Source: an uncultured Bacteroidales bacterium
GTDB taxonomy: Bacteria > Bacteroidota > Bacteroidia > Bacteroidales > VadinHA17
Assembly (NCBI GenBank): GCA_963732435.1
Contig: CAVSZL010000008.1
Location: 34,546 to 98,545, forward strand
Length of the DNA: 64,000 bases
Direction: 5' to 3'
Both the position numbers and the translations under genes were made by a program. The first letter of the stretch is position 1, and the number at the start of each line of letters is the position of its first letter. A model generated the notes under the pieces. The model did not search any database. It saw nothing but the letters and a program-made list of their open reading frames with translations, and was not told where the DNA came from. Below are positions 1 to 14,244 of the stretch, piece after piece.

Positions 1-630
<630 letters not shown>

Positions 631-638
631 TCAGATAA

Positions 639-1724
<1,086 letters not shown>

Positions 1725-1738
1725 TTTATTGTTATTGA

Positions 1739-3715
<1,977 letters not shown>

Positions 3716-3758
3716 TTTAGCAAAGTGGAGAATAATAATTTTTTACAGAAGCAATCTT

Positions 3759-5321
3759 ATGAAAAAGATAACTATTTTACTTACATTGGTTGTGATGTTT
3801 TCGTTCATAACTGGAATCGCCCAGCAATCTTCTCCTGTACGAGTTGAGAGCGGATTGTTACAGGGAACTTCCGAAAACGGGCTGATGGTCTACAAAGGCA
3901 TCCCTTTTGCGGCTCCTCCAGTTGGTGATCTCCGATGGCGCGCACCTCAGCCACCATCTGATTGGGAGGGTATAAAGCAAGTCACAAAGTTTGCTCCCGG
4001 ACCCATACAGGGAGGAAATCCTCCCTCAGGAAAGAGCGAAGACTGCCTGTACCTGAATATCTGGACACCCGCAAAATCTGCAAATGACCTTATACCTGTG
4101 CTGGTCTGGATCTATGGTGGAGGATTCGGTGCAGGATCAACATCAGAGCGGAATTACAACGGGGAAAATCTGGCCAGAAAGGGAGTGGTCCTCGTCAGTA
4201 TTGCCTATCGTGTCGGTCAAATTGGTTTTTTGGCTCACCCTGAGTTGAGCAAAGAGAGTCCGAATAATGTTTCAGGAAATTACGGCCTTCTGGATATGAT
4301 TGCAGGTCTCCAATGGGTGCAGAAAAATATAACAGCATTTGGTGGCGACCCGAAAAAAGTGACCATTTTCGGTGAATCTGCAGGGGGAATAGCAGTCAGC
4401 ATGTTGTGTGCATCTCCACTTGCCAAAGGATTATTCCATGGCGCGATTTCACAAAGCGGGGGTTCATTCGGACCTCCCCGCCCTACCACCTTTCCGGGCG
4501 AGAATTTGAAAATACTTGCCAATGCTGAGAGTTCTGGTCAGGCGTATGTAAAAAACGCAGGGGTTTCATCCATTGCTGAACTCAGGAAGATCGGTCCTGA
4601 CAAACTACCTGCAGGCAGAGGACTTGGGATGTCATGGCCGATCATCGATGGGTGGGTAATTCCAGACGATCAGTACAAACTCTACGAAACGGGACGGTTC
4701 AATGACACACCGATTCTTGTTGGTTATAATTCAGATGAAGGTGCCAGTTTCTCACCACCAGGAACACCGGAGGCATATATTGCCAGTGTCAAAACGCGCT
4801 ACGGACCCTTTGCGGAGAGTCTCCTTAAGGCCTATCCTGCCGGTTCAGGGATTGTTCCCAAGACCGCCCGTGATCTGGCCCGCGATGCAGCGTTTGGCTG
4901 GCATACATGGATATGGGCACGGCTTCAGTCGAAGATAGGAAAATCTAATGCTTACTACTATTATTTTGATCAGCACCCTGACTATCCGGAGGATTCACCT
5001 AAAGCCGGATATGGTTCTCCTCACGGTCAGGATGTGGCCTATGTATTTCAGCATCTCAACGCAACAGATCCACTAACTACTAAAACTGACCTGGAAATCT
5101 CTGAAGCCATGGCCATCTACTGGACGAACTTCGCCAAATATGGCGATCCCAATGGGAAAGGGGTTCCGGTGTGGCCAGCCTTCAGCGATGCCAGCCCTGT
5201 GGTAATGCACTTTAACCAGAAACCACATACAGGACCGGTCCCAAGCGCTGAATCACTTAGGAGTCTTGATGCCTATTTTGCATGGCGACGAACACCTGAA
5301 GGAGAGGCATGGGCGAAATAA
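3759..5321 (+). CDS. Carboxylesterase type B (para-nitrobenzyl esterase-like)
   Basis: The internal Met at 3759 gives signal peptide MKKITILLTLVVMFSFITGIAQQ. The longer track ORF from 3639 overlaps the upstream gene. Type-B motifs seen: EDCLYLNIWTP, WIYGGGF and nucleophile FGESAGG. Sampled lines of this gene are visibly more GC-rich than sampled lines of the neighbouring esterase genes. Confidence 0.9.
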   Translation: MKKITILLTLVVMFSFITGIAQQSSPVRVESGLLQGTSENGLMVYKGIPFAAPPVGDLRWRAPQPPSDWEGIKQVTKFAPGPIQGGNPPSGKSEDCLYLNIWTPAKSANDLIPVLVWIYGGGFGAGSTSERNYNGENLARKGVVLVSIAYRVGQIGFLAHPELSKESPNNVSGNYGLLDMIAGLQWVQKNITAFGGDPKKVTIFGESAGGIAVSMLCASPLAKGLFHGAISQSGGSFGPPRPTTFPGENLKILANAESSGQAYVKNAGVSSIAELRKIGPDKLPAGRGLGMSWPIIDGWVIPDDQYKLYETGRFNDTPILVGYNSDEGASFSPPGTPEAYIASVKTRYGPFAESLLKAYPAGSGIVPKTARDLARDAAFGWHTWIWARLQSKIGKSNAYYYYFDQHPDYPEDSPKAGYGSPHGQDVAYVFQHLNATDPLTTKTDLEISEAMAIYWTNFAKYGDPNGKGVPVWPAFSDASPVVMHFNQKPHTGPVPSAESLRSLDAYFAWRRTPEGEAWAK

Positions 5322-5401
5322 TACAACTGCACGCAAATAGCTTACAAGGTGAATAACCTTAAATTATTTCGCACCTGACTATTTAAATTACAATTAGATG
5401 A

Positions 5402-6616
<1,215 letters not shown>

Positions 6617-6687
6617 CTATTATTATGAGTATCGGGAATCAATGATATGAATATATTGATTTTCAAGCTATTTTAGAACCTTTATGC

Positions 6688-9075
6688 ATGAGAAAATATG
6701 TTTATATATCAGGTGTAATCGCGTGCTTTTTGATTTTCTGTGAAGTAGGTGCTCAGAATGTACTCTATCCCAATGAATTCCCATTAGGGGATGTAACATT
6801 GCTTGACGGACAATTTAAACATGCCCGCGACCTGAATATTCAAACTTTGTTAAAATACGATGTAGACCGTCTGCTCGCTCCATTCAGGAAAGAAGCCGGA
6901 TTACCTGAAAAAGCGAAATTATTTCCTAATTGGGAGGGTCTGGATGGTCATATTGGCGGTCATTATCTATCAGCATTAGCTATGAACTATGCTGCCACAG
7001 GAAATGCTGAATGCAAAAAACGTATGGATTACATGATTGCCGGGCTAAAAGCCTGCCAGGATGCAAATGGTATAAACAATCCTGACTGGGGTAAAGGATA
7101 CCTCGGAGGTGTCCCCAATAGCAAAAATATCTGGAGCTCTTTGCAGAAAGGTGATTTTAAAGCGTACAGGGCTGCATGGGTGCCATGGTATAATGTGCAT
7201 AAGATGTATGCCGGATTGAGGGATGCATGGGCATATACAGGTAATGAAGATGCTAAAGTCATATTCCTGAAATTCTGCGACTGGGGAATTGATATCACCT
7301 CTGCCCTGTCTGACACACAGATGCAATCGATGCTTGATATGGAACATGGCGGGATGAATGAAATCTTCGCAGATGCATTTAAGATCACAGGAAATGAGAA
7401 ATATCTTAATGCAGCAAAACGGTTTTCTCACAGAATGCTTCTGGATGCAATGTCCTCACATACTGATAATCTGGATAATATACATGCAAATACTCAGGTT
7501 CCGAAAGCAGTCGGTTTTCAGCGGATAGCTGACTTTACCAGCGATAAGATGTTTGATGAGGCAGGAAGCTTTTTCTGGGAAACTGTAACCGGAACCCGGT
7601 CTCTGGCTTTTGGTGGTAACAGCAGGAGAGAATATTTTCCGGCTTTAGCTTCATACATTGATTTTGTAACTGAAGTAGAAGGCCCGGAATCGTGCAATTC
7701 ATATAACATGCTGAGGTTAACTGAGCATCTCTTCAGGGCCAGACCATTGGCAAAATATGCCGATTACTACGAAAAAACACTATATAACCACATCTTGTCG
7801 ACCCAGCATCCGGAACATGGCGGCTATGTTTACTTCACTCCTGCACGTCCGCGACATTACAGGGTTTATTCAGCACCTAATGAGGGGATGTGGTGTTGCG
7901 TAGGAAGCGGTATGGAAAATCACGGAAAATACAATCAGTTTATCTATACTCACCATCAGGATTCGCTATTTCTGAACCTTTTTATTCCTTCAGAACTGAA
8001 CTGGAAGGAAAAAGGTATAAAAATCAGACAATCAACCACTTTCCCCGATGAAGAACAGACCAGACTGACAATTATAGAAGGCTCATCCGGATTTAAACTA
8101 ATGGTACGTTATCCATCATGGGTCAACCGGGGAGCTCTTGAAATCACAATCAATGGTAAAGCTATTTCGATTGAATCGCAACCCTCATCATATATAGCTA
8201 TCGACCGACAATGGAAAAAAGGTGATGTTGTGCTCATTAAACTTCCTATGCATAATTCAATCGTAAAGCTGCCAAACGTACCAGAGTACATTGCTTTCAT
8301 GCATGGTCCGATATTACTCGGTGCAAAAACAGGCACCGAAGATTTGAAAGGACTGGTAGCAGATGACAGCCGATGGGGACACATAGCTCATGGCGAAAAA
8401 CTCCCCGTTGCGAAAGCGCCGATCCTGATTGATGATAACATAACAGGGATACCCGGTAAATTATTAGCGGTAAAAGATAAACAAATGACATTTACCGCTC
8501 CGGGGTTAAAAGTGATTAATGGTTCAGACATCGAGTTGGAGCCGTTTTACAGGATCCACGACTCAAGATACATGATGTATTGGATGGCCTTGTCAAATGA
8601 TGAGTATAGTTCTTACATCGACTCTGTTGCATTAGTTGATAAGATGAAACTGGAGCTTCAGAAACGTACCATAGATTTTGTTGCGCCGGGTGAACAGCAA
8701 CCCGAAGCTGATCATAAAATGCAAAACTCAAATTCAAATACCGGCACCCTTAACGATGAATTCTGGCGCGATGCCCGCGATGGAGGGAATTTCAGCTACC
8801 TCTTGAAAACAAATTCCGAAACCAGTCTCTCACTTATCTTACGATTTTGGGGTATGGAACGCAGAGCCAGAAAGTTTGATATATATATCGACAACGATAA
8901 ATTAATTTCCGAGAATAATTCAGGCAGGCTTGATAAGAACATGTTTATTGATGTTGAATATTCCATCCCGGATTCATTGATCATAGGCAAAAACCAGGTC
9001 AGGGTAATAATCCAGTCTGTTCCGGGATCATCAACAAGCCAGGTTTTTTATGTCCGCTTAGCCAGGAAAAAATAG
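6688..9075 (+). CDS. GH127-family (DUF1680) beta-L-arabinofuranosidase-like glycoside hydrolase
   Basis: 795 aa with a signal peptide. Motifs GPESCNSYNM and EGMWCCVGSGMENHGKY match the Cys/Zn centre known for GH127 HypBA1. A C-terminal beta-sandwich extension follows. Confidence 0.8.
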   Translation: MRKYVYISGVIACFLIFCEVGAQNVLYPNEFPLGDVTLLDGQFKHARDLNIQTLLKYDVDRLLAPFRKEAGLPEKAKLFPNWEGLDGHIGGHYLSALAMNYAATGNAECKKRMDYMIAGLKACQDANGINNPDWGKGYLGGVPNSKNIWSSLQKGDFKAYRAAWVPWYNVHKMYAGLRDAWAYTGNEDAKVIFLKFCDWGIDITSALSDTQMQSMLDMEHGGMNEIFADAFKITGNEKYLNAAKRFSHRMLLDAMSSHTDNLDNIHANTQVPKAVGFQRIADFTSDKMFDEAGSFFWETVTGTRSLAFGGNSRREYFPALASYIDFVTEVEGPESCNSYNMLRLTEHLFRARPLAKYADYYEKTLYNHILSTQHPEHGGYVYFTPARPRHYRVYSAPNEGMWCCVGSGMENHGKYNQFIYTHHQDSLFLNLFIPSELNWKEKGIKIRQSTTFPDEEQTRLTIIEGSSGFKLMVRYPSWVNRGALEITINGKAISIESQPSSYIAIDRQWKKGDVVLIKLPMHNSIVKLPNVPEYIAFMHGPILLGAKTGTEDLKGLVADDSRWGHIAHGEKLPVAKAPILIDDNITGIPGKLLAVKDKQMTFTAPGLKVINGSDIELEPFYRIHDSRYMMYWMALSNDEYSSYIDSVALVDKMKLELQKRTIDFVAPGEQQPEADHKMQNSNSNTGTLNDEFWRDARDGGNFSYLLKTNSETSLSLILRFWGMERRARKFDIYIDNDKLISENNSGRLDKNMFIDVEYSIPDSLIIGKNQVRVIIQSVPGSSTSQVFYVRLARKK

Positions 9076-9142
9076 TATCATATAATATTAATTGTTGACA
9101 AAAGAGATACTTTATAAAATAACAGAATAAAGAAATTTAAAA

Positions 9143-12100
9143 ATGATAAAGAAAAGTCGTTTTAATGGCATTCATATGTTGACGCTCATACCACCCACCA
9201 TTATGATGCTTATATCACTTTCAGGGTTTGCACAGAAAGCTTATCTATCCGGACAGGAATGTCCGTGCGACATCTATGCCGCCGCAGGCAATCCATGTGT
9301 TGCTGCCCATAGCAGTACGCGTGCCCTGTACGCATCATATAAGGGAGCTCTGTACCAGGTTATGCGTCAGTCCGACGGTAAGACCCTCGACATAGGTACA
9401 GTCAGACCTACCGGGGAAGATCCGGGCGGATATGCCGACGCAGCAGCTCAGGATGCATTCTGCTCAGGAACCTTATGCTGGATAACCACTATATACGACC
9501 AGTCAGGAAAAGGTAATCACCTAGTTCAGGCGCCTCCGGGAACTTTCAAGGGACCGGCTAAAGGTGGATTTAATACTTTACCAATTGCGGATATGGCACC
9601 AGTTACAATCATGGGACATAAGGTTTACGGCGTCTATATCATGCCAGGCATGGGCTTGAGAAACAACAATGCAACCGGGCTTGCTATCAATGATGAACCA
9701 GAGGGTATTTACATGGTCTGTGACGGTAAGCACTTTGACAGTGGATGTTGCTTCAATTACGGCAACACTTCGACTAACAGCCGTGCTGTGGGCAGAGGAA
9801 CAATGGAAACAGTCTACTTTGGTACTTCAACTGCCTGGGGTAGAGGCAACGGCACAGGCCCATGGATAATGTCCGACATGGAGGCCGGACTTTTTTCCGG
9901 TTATAACGCTAAACAGAACTTAGCGAATCCCACTATCGATTCTTGGAACTTTGTCACAGGAGTAGTAAACGGCGGCGATGGAAACAAATGGCAGATAAGA
10001 GGCGGAGATGCTCAAAACGGAAATCTTTCAACTTTCTATAACGGCATCAGGCCTCATTCCCCTGACAATAATTTTTATTACCCTATGCACAGGAAAGGAG
10101 CCGTACAAATGGGCAATGGAGGGGACAATGGCAACGGGTCTGCCGGTACATTTTATGAAGGGGTAATGACCGGAGGATATCCATCCGATGCTACCACTGA
10201 TGCTGTGCAGACTAACATTGTTGCAGCCAGATATGATATTCAACGTCTTGATCTTTCACGTATTGCCTCTTTTTATCCGGGATCTGAACAATCGGTTACT
10301 GCAACATTCACTAACATAACCGAAGCTCCTGTTACAGGTGTCAAAATATCCATCTCCGTCCCAAAGGGATGGAAATCAACTGTTGCTGATTCTAAAGAAT
10401 CTGTAAAGATTTTCCGTGACCCGGTTGCCCCTGGAGAAAGTGTAACTGCTTCTTTTGCCGTTACATCACCCGCCATAACCGGCACGTTTTTCCTTAATGG
10501 AAAAGCCGAATGGAAGTACCAGGCTTCCGGCCTGATAGATTCCGAGACAACCTCGAAGAGAGTGAGAAATGTATATCCGGTAAAGATCAACGAAGTTCGA
10601 TTCGAAATCAGCGGAAGCCCGACAAATCAGTTTATTGAACTTTATAATTCAGGCAGTAGTGAGACTGATCTCTCCGGCTGGACCCTGATCAGCGCTCAAA
10701 GTATGTGGGCTCCTGTAAAGTTAGGGAAGATCACCGCCGGGACGAAACTCGCTGCTCAGGGCTTTTTCCTGCTTGGCCTCTCACCTTCAGGTTTGGCTGC
10801 CCCCGCAAACCGTGGCGAAAACATCATCAACGTTCGAAGTACCACCGGGTTTGAGGCTGGCCACCAGATAGACATTGAGGGTGAGATACGTACGATCGCA
10901 AGCGTCGGAACAGCGGCCACACCTATCACCACAATATTTGTTCCTGTTTCCACAGGGCCCTGGATTATAATCCCTGCCGGCTCTACCAACCTGCCCGTCA
11001 CGATTGCAACCGGTTTTGAGGTTGGGCAGAAGATCGGTATCGATTTAGGTGGCAACTACGAGGTAGCAACGGTCACAGTAGTCGGTAAGGGTGCAACACA
11101 AACCATCCTGTCTCAGGCAGCGAATACCGGTGATACAATAATTAAAGTTGCGGCATGTGCCAATATAACTAATGGTGACATACTGACATTAAATACCGGC
11201 TCACGTAAGGAACTCGTCAGGGTTAAACGGATTCTAAATGTTGTTACGGCTCCATCATTGCGGCCAGAACAACCAGGATACAGCACCTCCTCTCCGGGTG
11301 ATGTGGTCTTGACTGCACCGCTCAAATCTGACCATATGTTGAATGTAGATGTATCTTCTCCGGGCACAGGAATCAGTTTCTTTCCGGCTACAAGGTTTGT
11401 ACACAAGAGCGGCGACGCTGTACAGGCACTCGGTAGCGGTATCACACTAAAAAATGCGTTGGAAATGAATCACGAAGTCGGAGCAGCAGTATTAAATCCG
11501 ATGGTCACATCAATGGGTTATCAGGGGGCAGTAACACCAAATCAATGGTATGGAGCACCTATATCAACCTCTGCCGGATCGGTCACACTCCTGGATGCAA
11601 GTGGTGAAGTGGTAGTAGATGCAATCGTCTACGGATCACAACAGAGCAACTCAAGCGCCAATGGTATCATCACCACCCCCGAGATCTCTATTCTTGAGGG
11701 AAATCAGAGCCAGGGTGGGTGTATTGTAATAGCACCAGGTACTACTTCGGGTTCCGGGCCTTTCGCCACGTTCGCAAGCAAAACTAACAAAAGCGCTGGT
11801 CGATTCCCTGATGGAACTGATACTGACAGTAACTGCAACGATTTCTTCTTTCAGGGCACAACCATACTTACTTTTCCGGCCCCGGCAGGTACAAACAATA
11901 TTAAAGTTACAGGTATCGCAGACTTCAGCATCGGTCAAAAGGTTATCATTGGTTCAGGGGAAGATAGCGAGACAAGAGTTGTATCAAATATCGGTACTCC
12001 TGGAGGTACTACTCTCGGTTCTGCAACAAGTCCTGGAACCAAAGTTTTTGCAGTTGCAAGTTCGGAAGGGTTTAGCACTGGTCAGACCATCACAGTTGAC

Positions 12101-12361
12101 GAAGGGAAAAACACCGAAACAGCTATTATCTCATCTGTCACTGTCGCCCGTCGACGATTTGGAGCCAGTACGGTAAACACCCCTATGGATTCTATTGCCG
12201 TCTCAACACCTCTTACTATAGCGCATACACCTGGCATTCAGGTGTCTGGAAGCGGTATTACGTTCACCTCTCCATTAGAAAGGGCTCATGACAAAGGGAC
12301 ACAGGTAGCAAGTAACATTCCAACTCCCGGCAGGCCAAATCTATATGTCATAAAACCATAG
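9143..12361 (+). CDS. GH54 alpha-L-arabinofuranosidase catalytic domain fused to NEW3-like, lamin-tail (LTD) and repeat modules
   Basis: Residues about 39-365 align by eye with fungal AbfB: CPCDIYAAAGNPCVAAHSSTRALY, adjacent-Cys CCFNYGN, TMETVYFG, GNGGDNGNGSAGTFYEGVMTGGYPSD, NIVAARY. These are followed by VKINEVRF...FIELYNSG...LSGWTL (LTD). Confidence 0.85.
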   Translation: MIKKSRFNGIHMLTLIPPTIMMLISLSGFAQKAYLSGQECPCDIYAAAGNPCVAAHSSTRALYASYKGALYQVMRQSDGKTLDIGTVRPTGEDPGGYADAAAQDAFCSGTLCWITTIYDQSGKGNHLVQAPPGTFKGPAKGGFNTLPIADMAPVTIMGHKVYGVYIMPGMGLRNNNATGLAINDEPEGIYMVCDGKHFDSGCCFNYGNTSTNSRAVGRGTMETVYFGTSTAWGRGNGTGPWIMSDMEAGLFSGYNAKQNLANPTIDSWNFVTGVVNGGDGNKWQIRGGDAQNGNLSTFYNGIRPHSPDNNFYYPMHRKGAVQMGNGGDNGNGSAGTFYEGVMTGGYPSDATTDAVQTNIVAARYDIQRLDLSRIASFYPGSEQSVTATFTNITEAPVTGVKISISVPKGWKSTVADSKESVKIFRDPVAPGESVTASFAVTSPAITGTFFLNGKAEWKYQASGLIDSETTSKRVRNVYPVKINEVRFEISGSPTNQFIELYNSGSSETDLSGWTLISAQSMWAPVKLGKITAGTKLAAQGFFLLGLSPSGLAAPANRGENIINVRSTTGFEAGHQIDIEGEIRTIASVGTAATPITTIFVPVSTGPWIIIPAGSTNLPVTIATGFEVGQKIGIDLGGNYEVATVTVVGKGATQTILSQAANTGDTIIKVAACANITNGDILTLNTGSRKELVRVKRILNVVTAPSLRPEQPGYSTSSPGDVVLTAPLKSDHMLNVDVSSPGTGISFFPATRFVHKSGDAVQALGSGITLKNALEMNHEVGAAVLNPMVTSMGYQGAVTPNQWYGAPISTSAGSVTLLDASGEVVVDAIVYGSQQSNSSANGIITTPEISILEGNQSQGGCIVIAPGTTSGSGPFATFASKTNKSAGRFPDGTDTDSNCNDFFFQGTTILTFPAPAGTNNIKVTGIADFSIGQKVIIGSGEDSETRVVSNIGTPGGTTLGSATSPGTKVFAVASSEGFSTGQTITVDEGKNTETAIISSVTVARRRFGASTVNTPMDSIAVSTPLTIAHTPGIQVSGSGITFTSPLERAHDKGTQVASNIPTPGRPNLYVIKP
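10814..12142 (+). repeat. Five protein-level copies of a module of about 35 aa (x-I-x-V...GF-x-x-GQ-x-I-x-I...G...E...I-x-S-V) inside the GH54 protein
   Basis: Copies at aa 558-590, 613-649, 661-697, 915-951 and 963-1000. Examples: TTGFEAGHQIDIEGEIRTIASVG, ATGFEVGQKIGIDLGGNYEVATVTVVG, ADFSIGQKVIIGSGEDSETRVVSNIG, EGFSTGQTITVDEGKNTETAIISSV. Confidence 0.6.
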
Positions 12362-12648
12362 TAATAAACTTTTGTAAAATGGAAAATTTAATATGTTTTG
12401 GTAAGATTGTCCCTTATTTGGTAGCTTTGGGTAATGCAAACTCTGCTATGATATGATTTAAAATAACCCGAAGATTGGTCATGTACGAGGGGAAGAATCT
12501 CATAAGACAATTAATGCATGAATGATTTGACCCGGGGCATACAATCGAAGGTGAGATGAGAGAAAAAGAGCTAAGAATGAATTAACATTAAATATTAATA
12601 TTCAGATTTAAAAATAATTAGTTAATCCAAATTTAAAAATTAGGAATT

Positions 12649-14244
12649 ATGAGAAGAAAAGTAAAACTATACAAGGTGGTTATTATTATCTTTTTCTTCC
12701 TCTTCAGTTTGGTTTCTGTTTCAGGACAAAATGCCCGGATCAAATTCGATACTGATCGTATAAAAGGAGAGGTTGATAAAAACCTGTATGGGAATTTTGT
12801 TGAGCATCTGGGCAGATGCGTATATGGTGGAATTTATGAACCCGGTTCAAAGTTGTCAGATCCTGATGGGTTCCGGAAAGATGTACTGGAAGCTGTTAAA
12901 GGATTGAATGTTTCACTGATCCGGTATCCCGGAGGTAATTTTGTATCTAACTATCACTGGCTTGATGGAGTGGGTCCAAAAAATGAAAGAGTTCCAAGAA
13001 TGGAACTTGCCTGGGCAAGACTTGAAACCAACGAATTTGGAACTAATGAATTTGTTAAATATTGCAGGGCAGCAGGAAGCGAACCGTATCTTTCGGTCAA
13101 TATGGGAACCGGCACCATTGAAGAGGCACAAAGATGGGTTGAATACTGTAATGTGAAGGAAGGGCCTTATTATGCAGAGCTCAGGAGGAAACACGGCTTC
13201 CCGGAGCCTTATAATGTAAAATTCTGGAGTCTTGGAAACGAAATGGACGGCGAATGGCAGATGGGACATCTAAATGCCGAAGATTACAATAAAAAAGCCA
13301 TGGAGGCTGCCAAGCTGATGAGACTGACATCTCCTGATATAAAACTGGTTGCAGCAGGATCATCAAATTACAGACCTCACGCCGACCCTGATTATTGGAA
13401 CAGGTCTGTAATAACTCACCTTAAAGACGTTGTTGATTATATTGCTCTTCATATGTATGTCGGGAATCCTGACAATAACTATTATAATTTCCTTTCAACT
13501 CCACTTGTTATGGAAGAGAGAACCCGTATCGTAAGAGGAATGATTGATGAGGCAATGCAAAAAGCCGACAGGGGAACCAGACCACCCATGTATATTGCCT
13601 GGGACGAGTATAATGTTTGGTATAGGGCACGAACAGATGAAACGATGAAGGGAACAAGAGCTCTGGAGGAAAAATACAATCTTGAGGATGCGCTGGTAAT
13701 CGGTGGCTTTCTAAATGTATTTATAAGAAATGCAGACATTGTTAAAATGGCCAATATGGCTCAACTTGTAAATGTCATCGCTCCGGTTTTCGCAGAAGAA
13801 AAGGGGATTTTCAGGCAGACAATATATTTCCCGTTGGAACTATTTGCTAAGAATATGAAGGGAAAATCACTTGATCTTTTTGTTGATTGTCCGACATATA
13901 ACACCGATGAATTTTACATAGGCCTTGGTGAGGCTACAACAAAACAGACGAATGTACCTTACCTCGATGTATCTGCCACATATAATAATGGAGAGGTTGT
14001 AATATGCGTTATCAACAGACATAAGGACAATCCTATTAAGACCGATATTATCAGCCAGTCAGGTGAGTTTATTGATGTTCTTAAGGTATCTGAGATCAAC
14101 GCACCAGATATCAAGGCAACAAATGATTTTGGTATCGAAAATGTCAGGACTGTTTCCAAGCCCGACCTGAAACCAAATGGAAATATAGTTACTTATGCGT
14201 TTCCTGCCCATTCTTTAACCTTGATCCGGGGAAAACTAAAATGA
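12649..14244 (+). CDS. GH51 alpha-L-arabinofuranosidase
   Basis: Signal peptide present. Motifs: LYGNFVEHLGRCVYGGIY, IRYPGGNFVSNYHW, and WSLGNEMDGEWQ (GNE acid/base motif). Typical length of 531 aa. Confidence 0.9.
   Translation: MRRKVKLYKVVIIIFFFLFSLVSVSGQNARIKFDTDRIKGEVDKNLYGNFVEHLGRCVYGGIYEPGSKLSDPDGFRKDVLEAVKGLNVSLIRYPGGNFVSNYHWLDGVGPKNERVPRMELAWARLETNEFGTNEFVKYCRAAGSEPYLSVNMGTGTIEEAQRWVEYCNVKEGPYYAELRRKHGFPEPYNVKFWSLGNEMDGEWQMGHLNAEDYNKKAMEAAKLMRLTSPDIKLVAAGSSNYRPHADPDYWNRSVITHLKDVVDYIALHMYVGNPDNNYYNFLSTPLVMEERTRIVRGMIDEAMQKADRGTRPPMYIAWDEYNVWYRARTDETMKGTRALEEKYNLEDALVIGGFLNVFIRNADIVKMANMAQLVNVIAPVFAEEKGIFRQTIYFPLELFAKNMKGKSLDLFVDCPTYNTDEFYIGLGEATTKQTNVPYLDVSATYNNGEVVICVINRHKDNPIKTDIISQSGEFIDVLKVSEINAPDIKATNDFGIENVRTVSKPDLKPNGNIVTYAFPAHSLTLIRGKLK

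Noticed and set aside
10028-11938. Series of 70-110-aa minus-strand ORFs, plus 66- and 121-aa plus-strand alternative-frame ORFs, inside the GH54 gene
   Set aside because: This is a GC-richer coding region, which generates long stop-free alternative frames. None has recognisable motifs, and all are nested in a strongly supported gene. The same reasoning applies to the nested ORFs at 7029-7431, 8109-8990, 12913-13754, 14478-15779, 52231-53044 and others.
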